Below are positions 33,686 to 42,027 of a stretch of DNA of 53,054 bases, piece by piece (the first letter of the stretch is position 1; each line of letters begins with the position of its first letter). The position numbers were made by a program, and so were the translations under genes. The stretch covers positions 1 through 53,054 of the forward strand of contig JBCBRU010000003.1 of NCBI GenBank assembly GCA_039819565.1. Reading direction: 5' to 3'. Origin of the DNA: Myxococcota bacterium. Lineage in GTDB: Bacteria; Myxococcota; Kuafuiibacteriia; Kuafuiibacteriales; Kuafuiibacteriaceae. The notes beneath the pieces were generated by a model. That model made no database searches, was not told where the DNA came from, and saw only the letters and a program-made list of their open reading frames with translations.

Positions 33686-35304
33686 GCCGCTCCGAGGGCG
33701 AGACCCCAGGACTGATCGATGGCTCCCCCCGCGACCGGAAAGTCGCCTGGTTCTGGATCGAAGCTCGCGAAGTAGCGGCGAAGCTCGAACTCGGCCTGCA
33801 CGTCCAGACCCGGAAGGAGCGTGTAGCCGGCCCCTACGTGGGCATCGACACCGGCCACGCTGGCGTTCGGGAACCACTCAGAGCTCGCGAGCTCTCCCGA
33901 CGACAGCACCTGGCGCCACCCCACCCCAGCGCGAAGGCTGAGCGCCCCGAGGATCGCGAAGGTGCCGTCCGCGCCCGCTCGAACGAAGGCGTACTCGACG
34001 CTCGGGACCCCGGGGTCGGTGCCATCCTCGGCGTCTTCGAGGCCGAACGCATCCAAGCCTCCCCCGAGCGAAATGCTCGCCCGATGGGGACCGAGGGGGA
34101 TGCGGCCCCGAAGCCCCGCCAAGAATCCCCCGGCTGAGGTCCCAAAGCTCTCTCCGCCAGGGTTGCTGGAGTCGACGCCGAGAAGGAGGTCGGCCTCGAT
34201 CTCGACCCCGATCCACGACAGGAGTCCGTCCGTCACGTAGGCCCCAGGGAACCACCGCGCCTCCAGACGCAGGGCCGGTGCGGCCGAGAGGTCGTAGGGC
34301 CTGAGGCCCCCGAAGAGGTCATCGTTGTAGCTGAGGTTTCGGCCGACCAGCCGGAGGGCGGCGGCGAGCTCCACGGCCGCCGGACCCGAGCTCGTCGAAG
34401 GGGCGGGGGGCGCCGCGGCGGCCGCGGGCGGAGAGGCATCTCGCGCCAGGGTCGAAGCGGCGGGCGCCGGGGGGGCCTCGGGAGGAGCCGAAGGCGGCGG
34501 AGGAGGGGGAGGCTGGAGTTTGGCCAGGGATGCGCCGAGCTTTGTGAGAAGGCCCTCCGCCAACGTCCGGGACCGGGGGCTGTCCGCCTCCACGAGGTCT
34601 CGGTTGGCGCCGTTCGGCCCGATGACCACCAGGGCCGCTCGCCAGCGTCGACGACGGCGAACGAGGTCGAGCTCGATGAAGCCGTCGAGTTCCTCCTTGT
34701 CGGCCCACGTGGCGCGTTCGGATGCGGTCAGCGGCGGATCTCCCGGAAGGGGCACGACGGTGAGCCACGGAGCCGCTTCGAAGACGTCTCGGATCTGGTC
34801 GAGCCCCGCTCCGGGACCTCGCGCGTTCAGCCAAGCGACCCGGCGAGCCTGCGCCGGCGGGGGGGCGCGGAGGAGGCTCATTCCCAGGGCGTCCCAGAGC
34901 TGGCGCCCCACGGCGTCGTCGAGCAGGGCGATGTTGGTCTCGGTGGCCTCCAAGGTGGCCGCGGGCGGGCCGGAAGCGGTGTAGGTGACCCGAAGTCGTC
35001 CGACCCAGGCGCCGCTCGCCCGGGTCACGGTTCCGCGGACCACGGCGGCCACTCGGAGCGCTCGGCAGGCGGCCTCGAAGCCCTCGACGGAAGCGGCATC
35101 GAGACCTCGAGCCTTCGCTTCGCGCTCGAGCTCGCCCGGAGAGACCAGACGCACCGAAGGGGTATGGGCGGAGATAGCCCTGAGGGCCGCGGTCCTGACC
35201 TGGGTCGCCGTGGGACCGTCGAAGGGGGCCACCGCCACGAGGGGAGAGGAGCCGGGCTCGGCTCCGACGCCCGCCATTGAGAGGAGGACGGAGAGCGCGA
35301 TCAT
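33673..35304 (-). CDS. hypothetical exported protein with Pro-rich linker and C-terminal beta-barrel
   Basis: Signal peptide, PPPPPPP linker, C-terminal LALGAAYRF. Confidence 0.6.
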   Translation of the reverse strand: MIALSVLLSMAGVGAEPGSSPLVAVAPFDGPTATQVRTAALRAISAHTPSVRLVSPGELEREAKARGLDAASVEGFEAACRALRVAAVVRGTVTRASGAWVGRLRVTYTASGPPAATLEATETNIALLDDAVGRQLWDALGMSLLRAPPPAQARRVAWLNARGPGAGLDQIRDVFEAAPWLTVVPLPGDPPLTASERATWADKEELDGFIELDLVRRRRRWRAALVVIGPNGANRDLVEADSPRSRTLAEGLLTKLGASLAKLQPPPPPPPSAPPEAPPAPAASTLARDASPPAAAAAPPAPSTSSGPAAVELAAALRLVGRNLSYNDDLFGGLRPYDLSAAPALRLEARWFPGAYVTDGLLSWIGVEIEADLLLGVDSSNPGGESFGTSAGGFLAGLRGRIPLGPHRASISLGGGLDAFGLEDAEDGTDPGVPSVEYAFVRAGADGTFAILGALSLRAGVGWRQVLSSGELASSEWFPNASVAGVDAHVGAGYTLLPGLDVQAEFELRRYFASFDPEPGDFPVAGGAIDQSWGLALGAAYRF

Positions 35305-35744
35305 GAGTCGGTCTCCCCGGAACCGGCCGCCACGGCGGTGACCCATCCCTCGAGGCAGGCTTTCTCGTCCTCGGGGAGAGGCAGCTGGCCGAGGGGCATC
35401 GGGTCGCCGCACCTGGGGACCGCGCTGACTTTGTCCAAGAGGTAGGACATCGCGGGCGAAGAGGTATCGACCAGACGGCGCGGGGGACATCCTTGGGACA
35501 CGGCGTCGAGAAGTCGGCTGGCCACGCCCGGGCTCACCAAGTCGAGCTGAGCGGCCACGGTGGGGGCGGCGTGGCAGTCTCCTGAGCCGCACCGCACCGC
35601 GAGAAGATCGGCGGGGACGTCGAAGCCTCGGAGCGTACAGGTGGGGGGAGGAAAGCGGTCGGGGTCCTCGAGGGCCCCAGCGCAGCCGCAGGGCACGGCG
35701 AGGCTCAAGATGAGGGCACCGACCCGGCCTCGTGGGATGCCCAT
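35301..35744 (-). CDS. small Cys-rich lipoprotein, possible atypical cytochrome c (CxxxxCH...MP)
   Basis: CGSGDCH, SYLLDKV, GDPMP, LEGWV; overlaps the next gene's start by 4 bp. Confidence 0.55.
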   Translation of the reverse strand: MGIPRGRVGALILSLAVPCGCAGALEDPDRFPPPTCTLRGFDVPADLLAVRCGSGDCHAAPTVAAQLDLVSPGVASRLLDAVSQGCPPRRLVDTSSPAMSYLLDKVSAVPRCGDPMPLGQLPLPEDEKACLEGWVTAVAAGSGETDS

Positions 35745-35846
35745 TCCCTACACCCGCGCACGCTTTGGGAGGACCGTCAACGCCGCGGTCAGAGCGGCCG
35801 AACTCGGAGCGTCAGGCGGGGCGAATCCGAACGGCCGCCTCTGGAG

Positions 35847-36455
35847 GTGAGCCCCGATCCGTGCGATGGCCCCATCGTGCTGCATCGCACTCTGCCCGCG
35901 CTCACGCTCCTTCTCCTCACCGCCTGCGCCTCCAATCGGCCTTTTGTTTGGGTGCAGCGGCTCCCGGCCGAAGAGACGGTTCGTCTCATTCGGAACGGCG
36001 ACACCATCGCGGTGGCCGTCAAGAACCAGAAGGACCTCTCCGGCACCTTCGTGGTGCGGGAGAACGGGGCCTATCCCCAACCGGTGGTCGGCGAGGTGGC
36101 CGTGGCGGGCCTCTCTGAGCCGGCAGCCTCCAAGCAGCTCGTTCAGCTGCTCGCGGAGATCGTGGTGAAGCCGCAGGCCGCCATCACCGTGGTCAAGCCG
36201 CGGCCGGTCAACGTGGCGGTGGTCGGTGAGGTTCGGACGTCGGGGCAGTTTCAGGTTCAGTACGACGCCTCGGTGCTGTCGGTGCTCGCCCGCGCGGGCG
36301 GACTCAGCCCCTTCGCGAGCCGCGACAACATCTATGTCGTTCGCAAGCGACCCCAGCTGCTGCGGATACGTTTTCGTTACGACGACCTGAAAGGGGGCGA
36401 CCCTGCGTCGACGACCTTCCGGCTTCGTGACGGTGACGTGCTCGTCGTGGAGTAG
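35847..36455 (+). CDS. short polysaccharide export (OPX/Wza-like) lipoprotein
   Basis: LTAC lipobox; IRNGDTIAV..VRENG..PVVGEV PES motif; SLBB VVGEV..AGGLSPFA..LRDGDVLVVE; no C-terminal OM helix. Confidence 0.88.
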   Translation: MSPDPCDGPIVLHRTLPALTLLLLTACASNRPFVWVQRLPAEETVRLIRNGDTIAVAVKNQKDLSGTFVVRENGAYPQPVVGEVAVAGLSEPAASKQLVQLLAEIVVKPQAAITVVKPRPVNVAVVGEVRTSGQFQVQYDASVLSVLARAGGLSPFASRDNIYVVRKRPQLLRIRFRYDDLKGGDPASTTFRLRDGDVLVVE

Positions 36456-36460
36456 AGACG

Positions 36461-38092
36461 TTGAGCGTAGGCATCGTCACCGCCTCGCTGCTCGCCGCCA
36501 TCGCCGCTGACCTTCGAGCGGATGCTCGCCTCAGCCTGGGGCTAACTAGCCGCCTGGGACAGCTTCCTACGGGAACGGTGAATGAGAACGGCGAAGTCGG
36601 CGGCTCCGAACTCTCTGTCGATGGCGAGCTCACGCCGGCCCTCGAGCTCCTCGTTCGAAACCGTCGCACGCGCTTAGCACTGCAGTACACCCCACGCTTT
36701 TTGGTTCGCTTTCTAGACGGCGAGCCTCTGACTGCCGACGGCGTGCCGTTCGAGGACGGCGGTCGGCCGGTTCTCCAGCTCCAGGTCTTGACGGCCGTGT
36801 TCAACCATCGGCTCGCGGAACGATGGGCGTGGAACAGCACTTTCGGGGGGCAGATCGGTGAGCAGGACTTCGCGGCCTTCCTCGCTGGTGCAGGCAACGT
36901 TGCAGCTCCTAACTCGGGTCCGATTCCACCCAACGGGGGCGCTGGCTCGGTCGTCACGGAGAGCGGCAACATCTTCATCCGGACCCTCTCGACGACCCAC
37001 AGCCTAACCGGGCCCTTCGTGGGAAGGGATGACCTCCGCTTCACCGTCAGCGCGAATATTTCTTCCCCCGAGGACTCCACGGGGATGGTGTCCGAGGGGG
37101 CCGAAGATGACCCCCTGTGTTTCGGAGAAGGGGCAGGCGGAGGGGGCGGCCAAGCGCTCGGGCTTCTCGCCGCTACGTGCAACCTCGGTTTCGACATCGC
37201 GACGGTCAGCAATCTCACGGCTCGCGACCAGCTCGAGATTCGCGCGGGCTATGCGGCTTTGGATTTCGATCCGGGGCCCTTCCTGCACTCCGTGTTCGGG
37301 GACGTCACCTGGGCGCGCAGGCTGACCCGAACGACCTTGCTCACCGTCCGTGCGGGCGGGGTCGTGGCCTTCGACACCGACCCTCTGGAGGGCGTAGACA
37401 CCGTCCAGCCCCTTCCGCGGCTGCTCGTCTCCGGGCGCTGGAACCTCATTCGGGAACGGCTGTTTCTCCTCGAGTTCGATCTCACGGTGGGCGCGGACGG
37501 ATTCATGGAGCCCACCGTGCAGCGCTTCTTACTCCAGGCGCAGGCGACGACGGGTCTGAGCGCGACCATCCGACAAGACCTTCAGCTCATCGCGCGGGCC
37601 AGCGCTTTTACGCTGGGTCCCGAGCTCGATTGCCCGCCCCGTCAAGCCGCGGACATGTCGCCCCTCACAGGGTGTGGGGAGCTCCCGATGGGCGCCACCG
37701 AGGTTCAGGATCTTTCGTCCATCGGCCTGGAATTCAGCGGCAACTATCGAGTGAACGCGAACCTGAACATCGTAATGGGGGCCCGCTATGGTCGCCGGGC
37801 TCCCCACATTACGCGCCTCGACGCTCCGGCCGACCCTACGCTCGGCAATCAGGAGGACGTCAGCGGGGAGATCGGTTTGGTCCTCACCTGGGGCACCCAG
37901 CGCGCCCCCGGTATTCGCGGCGCGGGCGCGGCGGGCGGAGGAGGAGCGGGCGGCGGCGGCGGCGGCGCTCCGGCTGACCCCGGCGGGGGAGCCGGGGGAG
38001 CTCCGACGAACGATGCGGGCGCAAACGGAGGAGCTGGCGGGGCCGGGGCCGGAGCCGCCGGGACCGATGCCGCCGGCGGCGGCGGCGGCTGA
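36461..38092 (+). CDS. putative outer-membrane beta-barrel partner of the OPX protein, with Gly/Ala-rich tail
   Basis: Directly downstream of OPX; strand-like pattern (LALQYTP, FSGNYRVN, IGLVLTWG); start uncertain. Confidence 0.55.
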   Translation: MSVGIVTASLLAAIAADLRADARLSLGLTSRLGQLPTGTVNENGEVGGSELSVDGELTPALELLVRNRRTRLALQYTPRFLVRFLDGEPLTADGVPFEDGGRPVLQLQVLTAVFNHRLAERWAWNSTFGGQIGEQDFAAFLAGAGNVAAPNSGPIPPNGGAGSVVTESGNIFIRTLSTTHSLTGPFVGRDDLRFTVSANISSPEDSTGMVSEGAEDDPLCFGEGAGGGGGQALGLLAATCNLGFDIATVSNLTARDQLEIRAGYAALDFDPGPFLHSVFGDVTWARRLTRTTLLTVRAGGVVAFDTDPLEGVDTVQPLPRLLVSGRWNLIRERLFLLEFDLTVGADGFMEPTVQRFLLQAQATTGLSATIRQDLQLIARASAFTLGPELDCPPRQAADMSPLTGCGELPMGATEVQDLSSIGLEFSGNYRVNANLNIVMGARYGRRAPHITRLDAPADPTLGNQEDVSGEIGLVLTWGTQRAPGIRGAGAAGGGGAGGGGGGAPADPGGGAGGAPTNDAGANGGAGGAGAGAAGTDAAGGGGG

Positions 38093-38163
38093 AACTCCAC
38101 TTCCGGCTTCTCATCATCGTGACTTGAAGCTCCATCCCGGAGCCTCACCCGGCCGAGCTCGGG

Positions 38164-38473
38164 ACGGAGATCGCGCCTCCTTCGGGGCTCTCCGCGCCCG
38201 ACGGGCGTCGGGCTTGGCGCCGTGCGCGGCCCCCTGTCAGGTCGATTCCTTACATCATTCGCGGGCGCTTTTCGCCCCTGGCGCCCCCGCCGGCTTCGCC
38301 TCTCGTCGGTTGCATACGGCCAATATGCGCCCTTCTCACGTGAACGCCAGGGGCGAAAACTGCCTCACCACTTATGCAACTCATCAACCCTGACAGGGGA
38401 CTAGGTACGGAGATCGCGCCCTCCTTCGGGTCTTCGCCCCGACGGGCGTAGGGCTTGGAGCCGTGCGCGGCCC
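38164..38473. repeat. ~70-bp imperfect direct repeats (38164-38232, 38407-38473) flanking a palindromic element
   Basis: Both copies read ACGGAGATCGCGCC..TCCTTCGGG..CCCGACGGGCGT.GGGCTTGG.GCCGTGCGCGGCCC. Confidence 0.85.
38231..38403. mobile_element. ERIC-like/MITE-like palindromic element 1
   Basis: Outer IR CCCCTGTCAGG (38231-38241)/(38389-38399); inner perfect 15-bp IR TTTTCGCCCCTGGCG (38269-38283)/(38345-38359); core shared with element 2. Confidence 0.6.
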
Positions 38474-38541
38474 GCACGAGGCGTCGCGAGAAAAGTATGA
38501 GACGGGGCTAACGAGAGCGGAGGCAGGGGGAGCGCCGCAGC

Positions 38542-40746
38542 TCAGCTGGACTTCTTGTCGTCGAAGAACGCGCGCTCCGCGTCTTCGGTGTCCGCCGCCG
38601 TCTGGCCCCCCTCGGGAGATAGGTTCCCGATCTGGGTGGCGTCTTCGGAGGGAGAGGACATCTCTTGGTCCGTCGGTAGGTCCTCGTTCGAGTTCGAGCT
38701 CGCCGGCAGGGCAGGGTGGTCGGTTGGCGCCGACATCGGTACCGCGTTCGGGTTCGACGCCGGCGCGACCGGGGGCGGTTCCTCCTGCGAGCCAAAGAGC
38801 GGCGAGAGGTCGACGTTCGGACCGAGAAGCATCGCCAGGGTGAGCCGGCCGCTGTAGACCAACCACGCCGTTGCGATCATGAAGGCCAGGAGGCCCCCGA
38901 GGATGCCCCCGCCGGCCACCCGGATGAGTCGCGACTTGCCGCCGCTGTCGTTCTCCACGCGGGGCGGCACCACGATCTCGTACTGGGCGCTGGCCCGAGC
39001 CCGCTCGCGGTCGAGTCGAATCTCTTCGTTGCGGAGCTTGCGGAGGAGGGCGGTGTACTCCTTACGTGCGGTGTCGTAGGCGTCGGAGAGGGTTTGGTAC
39101 TGAGCCTCGGCCTGGGGAAGACTCCCGATCTTCTCTTCCTGCTCCTCGAGGGACTTGTTGACCTCGGTGCGCTGCTCCTTGAGCGCCTTCACCTTCGCGG
39201 TATCGATGTCCAGACGCTGCTTCAAGGCGACGTAGGCGGGGTTCTGTCCGCGCTGCGAGATCGGCGCGTTCAGGGCCGGGTCGTTGGAAAGCTGCTCGAG
39301 CTCCGCCAGCTCCGCCTTCGCGGCCATGATGTCTGGATGTCCCTCCGCCTTTCCTTCGGCTCGAAGGGCTCCGAGGCGGGACTGAACTTTGACGACCTGG
39401 ACTCGATAGGGGTTCTGGGGGGTCTGTCCGGTCTCGATGATGGCCGGGGTCACGCTGAGGAGGCGACGGGTCTCCCGGAGGGAGCCATCGAGGCCGGCGA
39501 TCTGCTGCTCGAGTCGGGACAGCTCCTGCTTCTTGCTGAAGAGAAGGTTGTAGTTGGACTTGGCCTGGTCGGGAAGCGCCTCGGGATGGCTCGTCTTGTA
39601 CTCGGCGAGCGCGGTCTCGGCCCGTTCGAGCGCCTTGGAGGCCTTCTTGACCTCTTGCCCGAAGAACTTGACGTCAGCCTTGACCGGGCTGAGGCCGATC
39701 TCGATCTCGCGATCGAGAAACACCCTCAGATGAGTGGTCAGATACTTGAGGGCCAGGTCGGCGGTCTTCGCCCCAACCTTCCCCTGGTACATGTTCGACT
39801 GGAAAGCCCCCATCTGCTCGAACTTCAGCAACCGAATCTGGATGTCGACTTCGTTGGGGGTGGGCGGCTTGCCCTTAATCCGAGTGAGGGCAGCCTCTAC
39901 GATGGGAGGACCGAAGAAGCGCTGAGTGGCCTCTTCGAAATACTTGAGCCCCTCGACTTCGCCCCCCGTGAGGACGTTCGCCGCGGTGCCTTGCGGCCGA
40001 AGGATGATCTGAAAACTGGCCTTCCGCGGAGGGGGGTTGGACTTGTGATACAGCGCCCCCAGCATGACCCCGACGAACCCGAAGGCGAGGAGGAGCGGCC
40101 AGAACGGCACGAAGAGGCTCACGATCGCTTTGATGTGGGCCAGCCGCTCGATGAGGTTTCCGCCGCTCGAGTCGTCGCCGTAGTCCGGGTCCTCGTAGTA
40201 CCCGCCGCCGTAGTGAGCTTGGTACTGAGGAGGTCGCGAGGGGGGCGGAGCGTTGTACGGCACCGCTGGATAGCGGCTCTGCCCCTGGGCCGCGGGCCCT
40301 TCGTGGCTGCGGTACTTTTGGAGCGCCTGCTGGGCCCCGGCGCGAAGCGAGTCTGGGACCCCGTCGCTGTCGTTGCCCCGCACCGTCGAGTTCATCGTGC
40401 GCTGGTCTTTTTGCCCCAGGTACTCGAAGACCGTCTGCCCGATCTGAATGAGGTCGCCGTCGTTGAGGATGGCCCGGTGCACGCGCTCGTTGTTGACGAA
40501 GGTTCCGTTGGTGGATCCTAGGTCCTCGACCAAGTGGCGACCCTGGTCGACGAGGACCCGCGCGTGTCGCTGAGAGGCGCGTTCATCCTCAACGACGATA
40601 TCGTTGTCGACGGCTCGTCCCATGAGGGATGCCCCGTCGTCGAGACGGTAGCGGCGACCGACGTTCCGGCCCGAGCACACCCAGAGATGAGCTTCGGCGT
40701 AGCCTTCGTTCGGCGCTCGCCGCGGTGTCATGGCGCTGTCGTTCAT
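38542..40746 (-). CDS. FHA domain fused to a Wzc/GumC-like polysaccharide co-polymerase (PCP)
   Basis: N-terminal MGR..NDI..ASQRHA..EDLGSTNGTFVN FHA motif; TM, long coiled coil (HPDIMAAKAEL, SLPQAEAQYQTL), TM, acidic tail; no kinase domain. Confidence 0.8.
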   Translation of the reverse strand: MNDSAMTPRRAPNEGYAEAHLWVCSGRNVGRRYRLDDGASLMGRAVDNDIVVEDERASQRHARVLVDQGRHLVEDLGSTNGTFVNNERVHRAILNDGDLIQIGQTVFEYLGQKDQRTMNSTVRGNDSDGVPDSLRAGAQQALQKYRSHEGPAAQGQSRYPAVPYNAPPPSRPPQYQAHYGGGYYEDPDYGDDSSGGNLIERLAHIKAIVSLFVPFWPLLLAFGFVGVMLGALYHKSNPPPRKASFQIILRPQGTAANVLTGGEVEGLKYFEEATQRFFGPPIVEAALTRIKGKPPTPNEVDIQIRLLKFEQMGAFQSNMYQGKVGAKTADLALKYLTTHLRVFLDREIEIGLSPVKADVKFFGQEVKKASKALERAETALAEYKTSHPEALPDQAKSNYNLLFSKKQELSRLEQQIAGLDGSLRETRRLLSVTPAIIETGQTPQNPYRVQVVKVQSRLGALRAEGKAEGHPDIMAAKAELAELEQLSNDPALNAPISQRGQNPAYVALKQRLDIDTAKVKALKEQRTEVNKSLEEQEEKIGSLPQAEAQYQTLSDAYDTARKEYTALLRKLRNEEIRLDRERARASAQYEIVVPPRVENDSGGKSRLIRVAGGGILGGLLAFMIATAWLVYSGRLTLAMLLGPNVDLSPLFGSQEEPPPVAPASNPNAVPMSAPTDHPALPASSNSNEDLPTDQEMSSPSEDATQIGNLSPEGGQTAADTEDAERAFFDDKKSS

Positions 40747-40920
40747 GGAACCCTCGAGCACTGCTTGCTGCGGCGCGGCGACAAGTTAGCAGCCGCACTT
40801 GTGCCTGTCAGCGAGCGCAAACGTCAACGCGCCCTTGTGGTCAAGGATTTCACTCGTATTGGAAAGAGCGACAAGGGGTTGGTTAACTCGGGGTTAACCC
40901 GTACGGCGGGGTGCCGTGGG

Positions 40921-41934
40921 TCAACCTCCGGCTTTGAGTCGTGCTTTCACCACATCACAGAAAGCGGATGTGCTCGCGCTACCGCCCAGATCAGGGGTTA
41001 CGGTCTTGCCCTCTTCGATGACTTCGCGGATCGCGTCCTCGAGTCCCTTGGCTTCCGCCCCGTAGCCAATGTGGCGGAGCATCATGGCTCCGGACAGCGA
41101 GAGCGCGGTGGGGTTCGCCTTCCCCTGGCCTGCGATGTCTGGTGCGGTGCCGTGGATGGCTTCGAAAATGGCCACCCCTTCGCCGTAGTTTCCGGAGGGC
41201 GCGACGCCGAGCCCGCCGATCAATCCCGATACGAGGTCCGAGAGGATGTCGCCGAAGAGGTTGGTGGTGACCATGACCTCGAACTGCTTGGGCTCGAGCA
41301 CCAGCTGCATGGACATGTTGTCCACGATGCGGTCGTTGAACTCGATGTCGGGGTACTGCTCCGCGACCTCGCGGCCCACCTTGAGAAAGAGCCCGGTCGT
41401 CAGCTTGAGGATGTTGGCCTTGTGGACCAGTGTGACTTTCTTCCGCTGCGTTGCGCGCGCGTATTCGAAGGCGAAGCGAATGCACCGCTCCGACGCATAG
41501 CGGCTGATGATCGAGATGGCATGGGCCGCCTCCTGCTTGGGATCAACGTAGTACTCGATCCCTGAGTAGAGCCCTTGCGTGTTCTCTCGAATGACCACCA
41601 GGTCGACGTCATCGAATCGCGACCAGACCCCCTTCATCTTTCGGGCTGGTCGGACGTTCGCGTAGAGGTCCAGCTCCTGGCGCATCGCTACGTTCACGCT
41701 GCGAAAGCCCCCGCCGACCGGCGTCATGAGCGGTCCCTTGAAGGCGATGCCGTTGCGCCGGATCGACTCCACGGTTTCGGGAGGCAGAGGGGCCCCGACC
41801 CGCTCGATCGCGGTGGTCCCCGCGAGCTGCTCCTCGAACTCGAGTTTGGCGCCCGTGGTCTGGACCAGCTCCACGGCGGCATCCATGATCTCCGGGCCGA
41901 TGCCGTCGCCCCGGATGAGGGTGACCTTCGTCAT
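40921..41934 (-). CDS. isocitrate/isopropylmalate dehydrogenase family (NAD-IDH-like)
   Basis: GDGIGPEI, SVNVAMRQELDLYANVRP, RENTQGLY, VHKANI, NLFGDILSD, FEAIHGTAPDIAG. Confidence 0.9.
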   Translation of the reverse strand: MTKVTLIRGDGIGPEIMDAAVELVQTTGAKLEFEEQLAGTTAIERVGAPLPPETVESIRRNGIAFKGPLMTPVGGGFRSVNVAMRQELDLYANVRPARKMKGVWSRFDDVDLVVIRENTQGLYSGIEYYVDPKQEAAHAISIISRYASERCIRFAFEYARATQRKKVTLVHKANILKLTTGLFLKVGREVAEQYPDIEFNDRIVDNMSMQLVLEPKQFEVMVTTNLFGDILSDLVSGLIGGLGVAPSGNYGEGVAIFEAIHGTAPDIAGQGKANPTALSLSGAMMLRHIGYGAEAKGLEDAIREVIEEGKTVTPDLGGSASTSAFCDVVKARLKAGG

Positions 41935-42027
41935 GGCGAGGCCCTTAGCATGGGCCTGCATGTCGGAGCATGATCCCGATTTCGATCGCGACGCCCCGCC
42001 GCGCCCGCTCGGCAAAGAAGACGTGCC

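Noticed and set aside
38164-38473. Possible CRISPR array or attC cassette site
   Set aside because: Only two long diverged repeats with one structured spacer; no cas genes or integrase.
38716-40521. 601-aa plus-strand ORF
   Set aside because: Antisense to the FHA-PCP gene.
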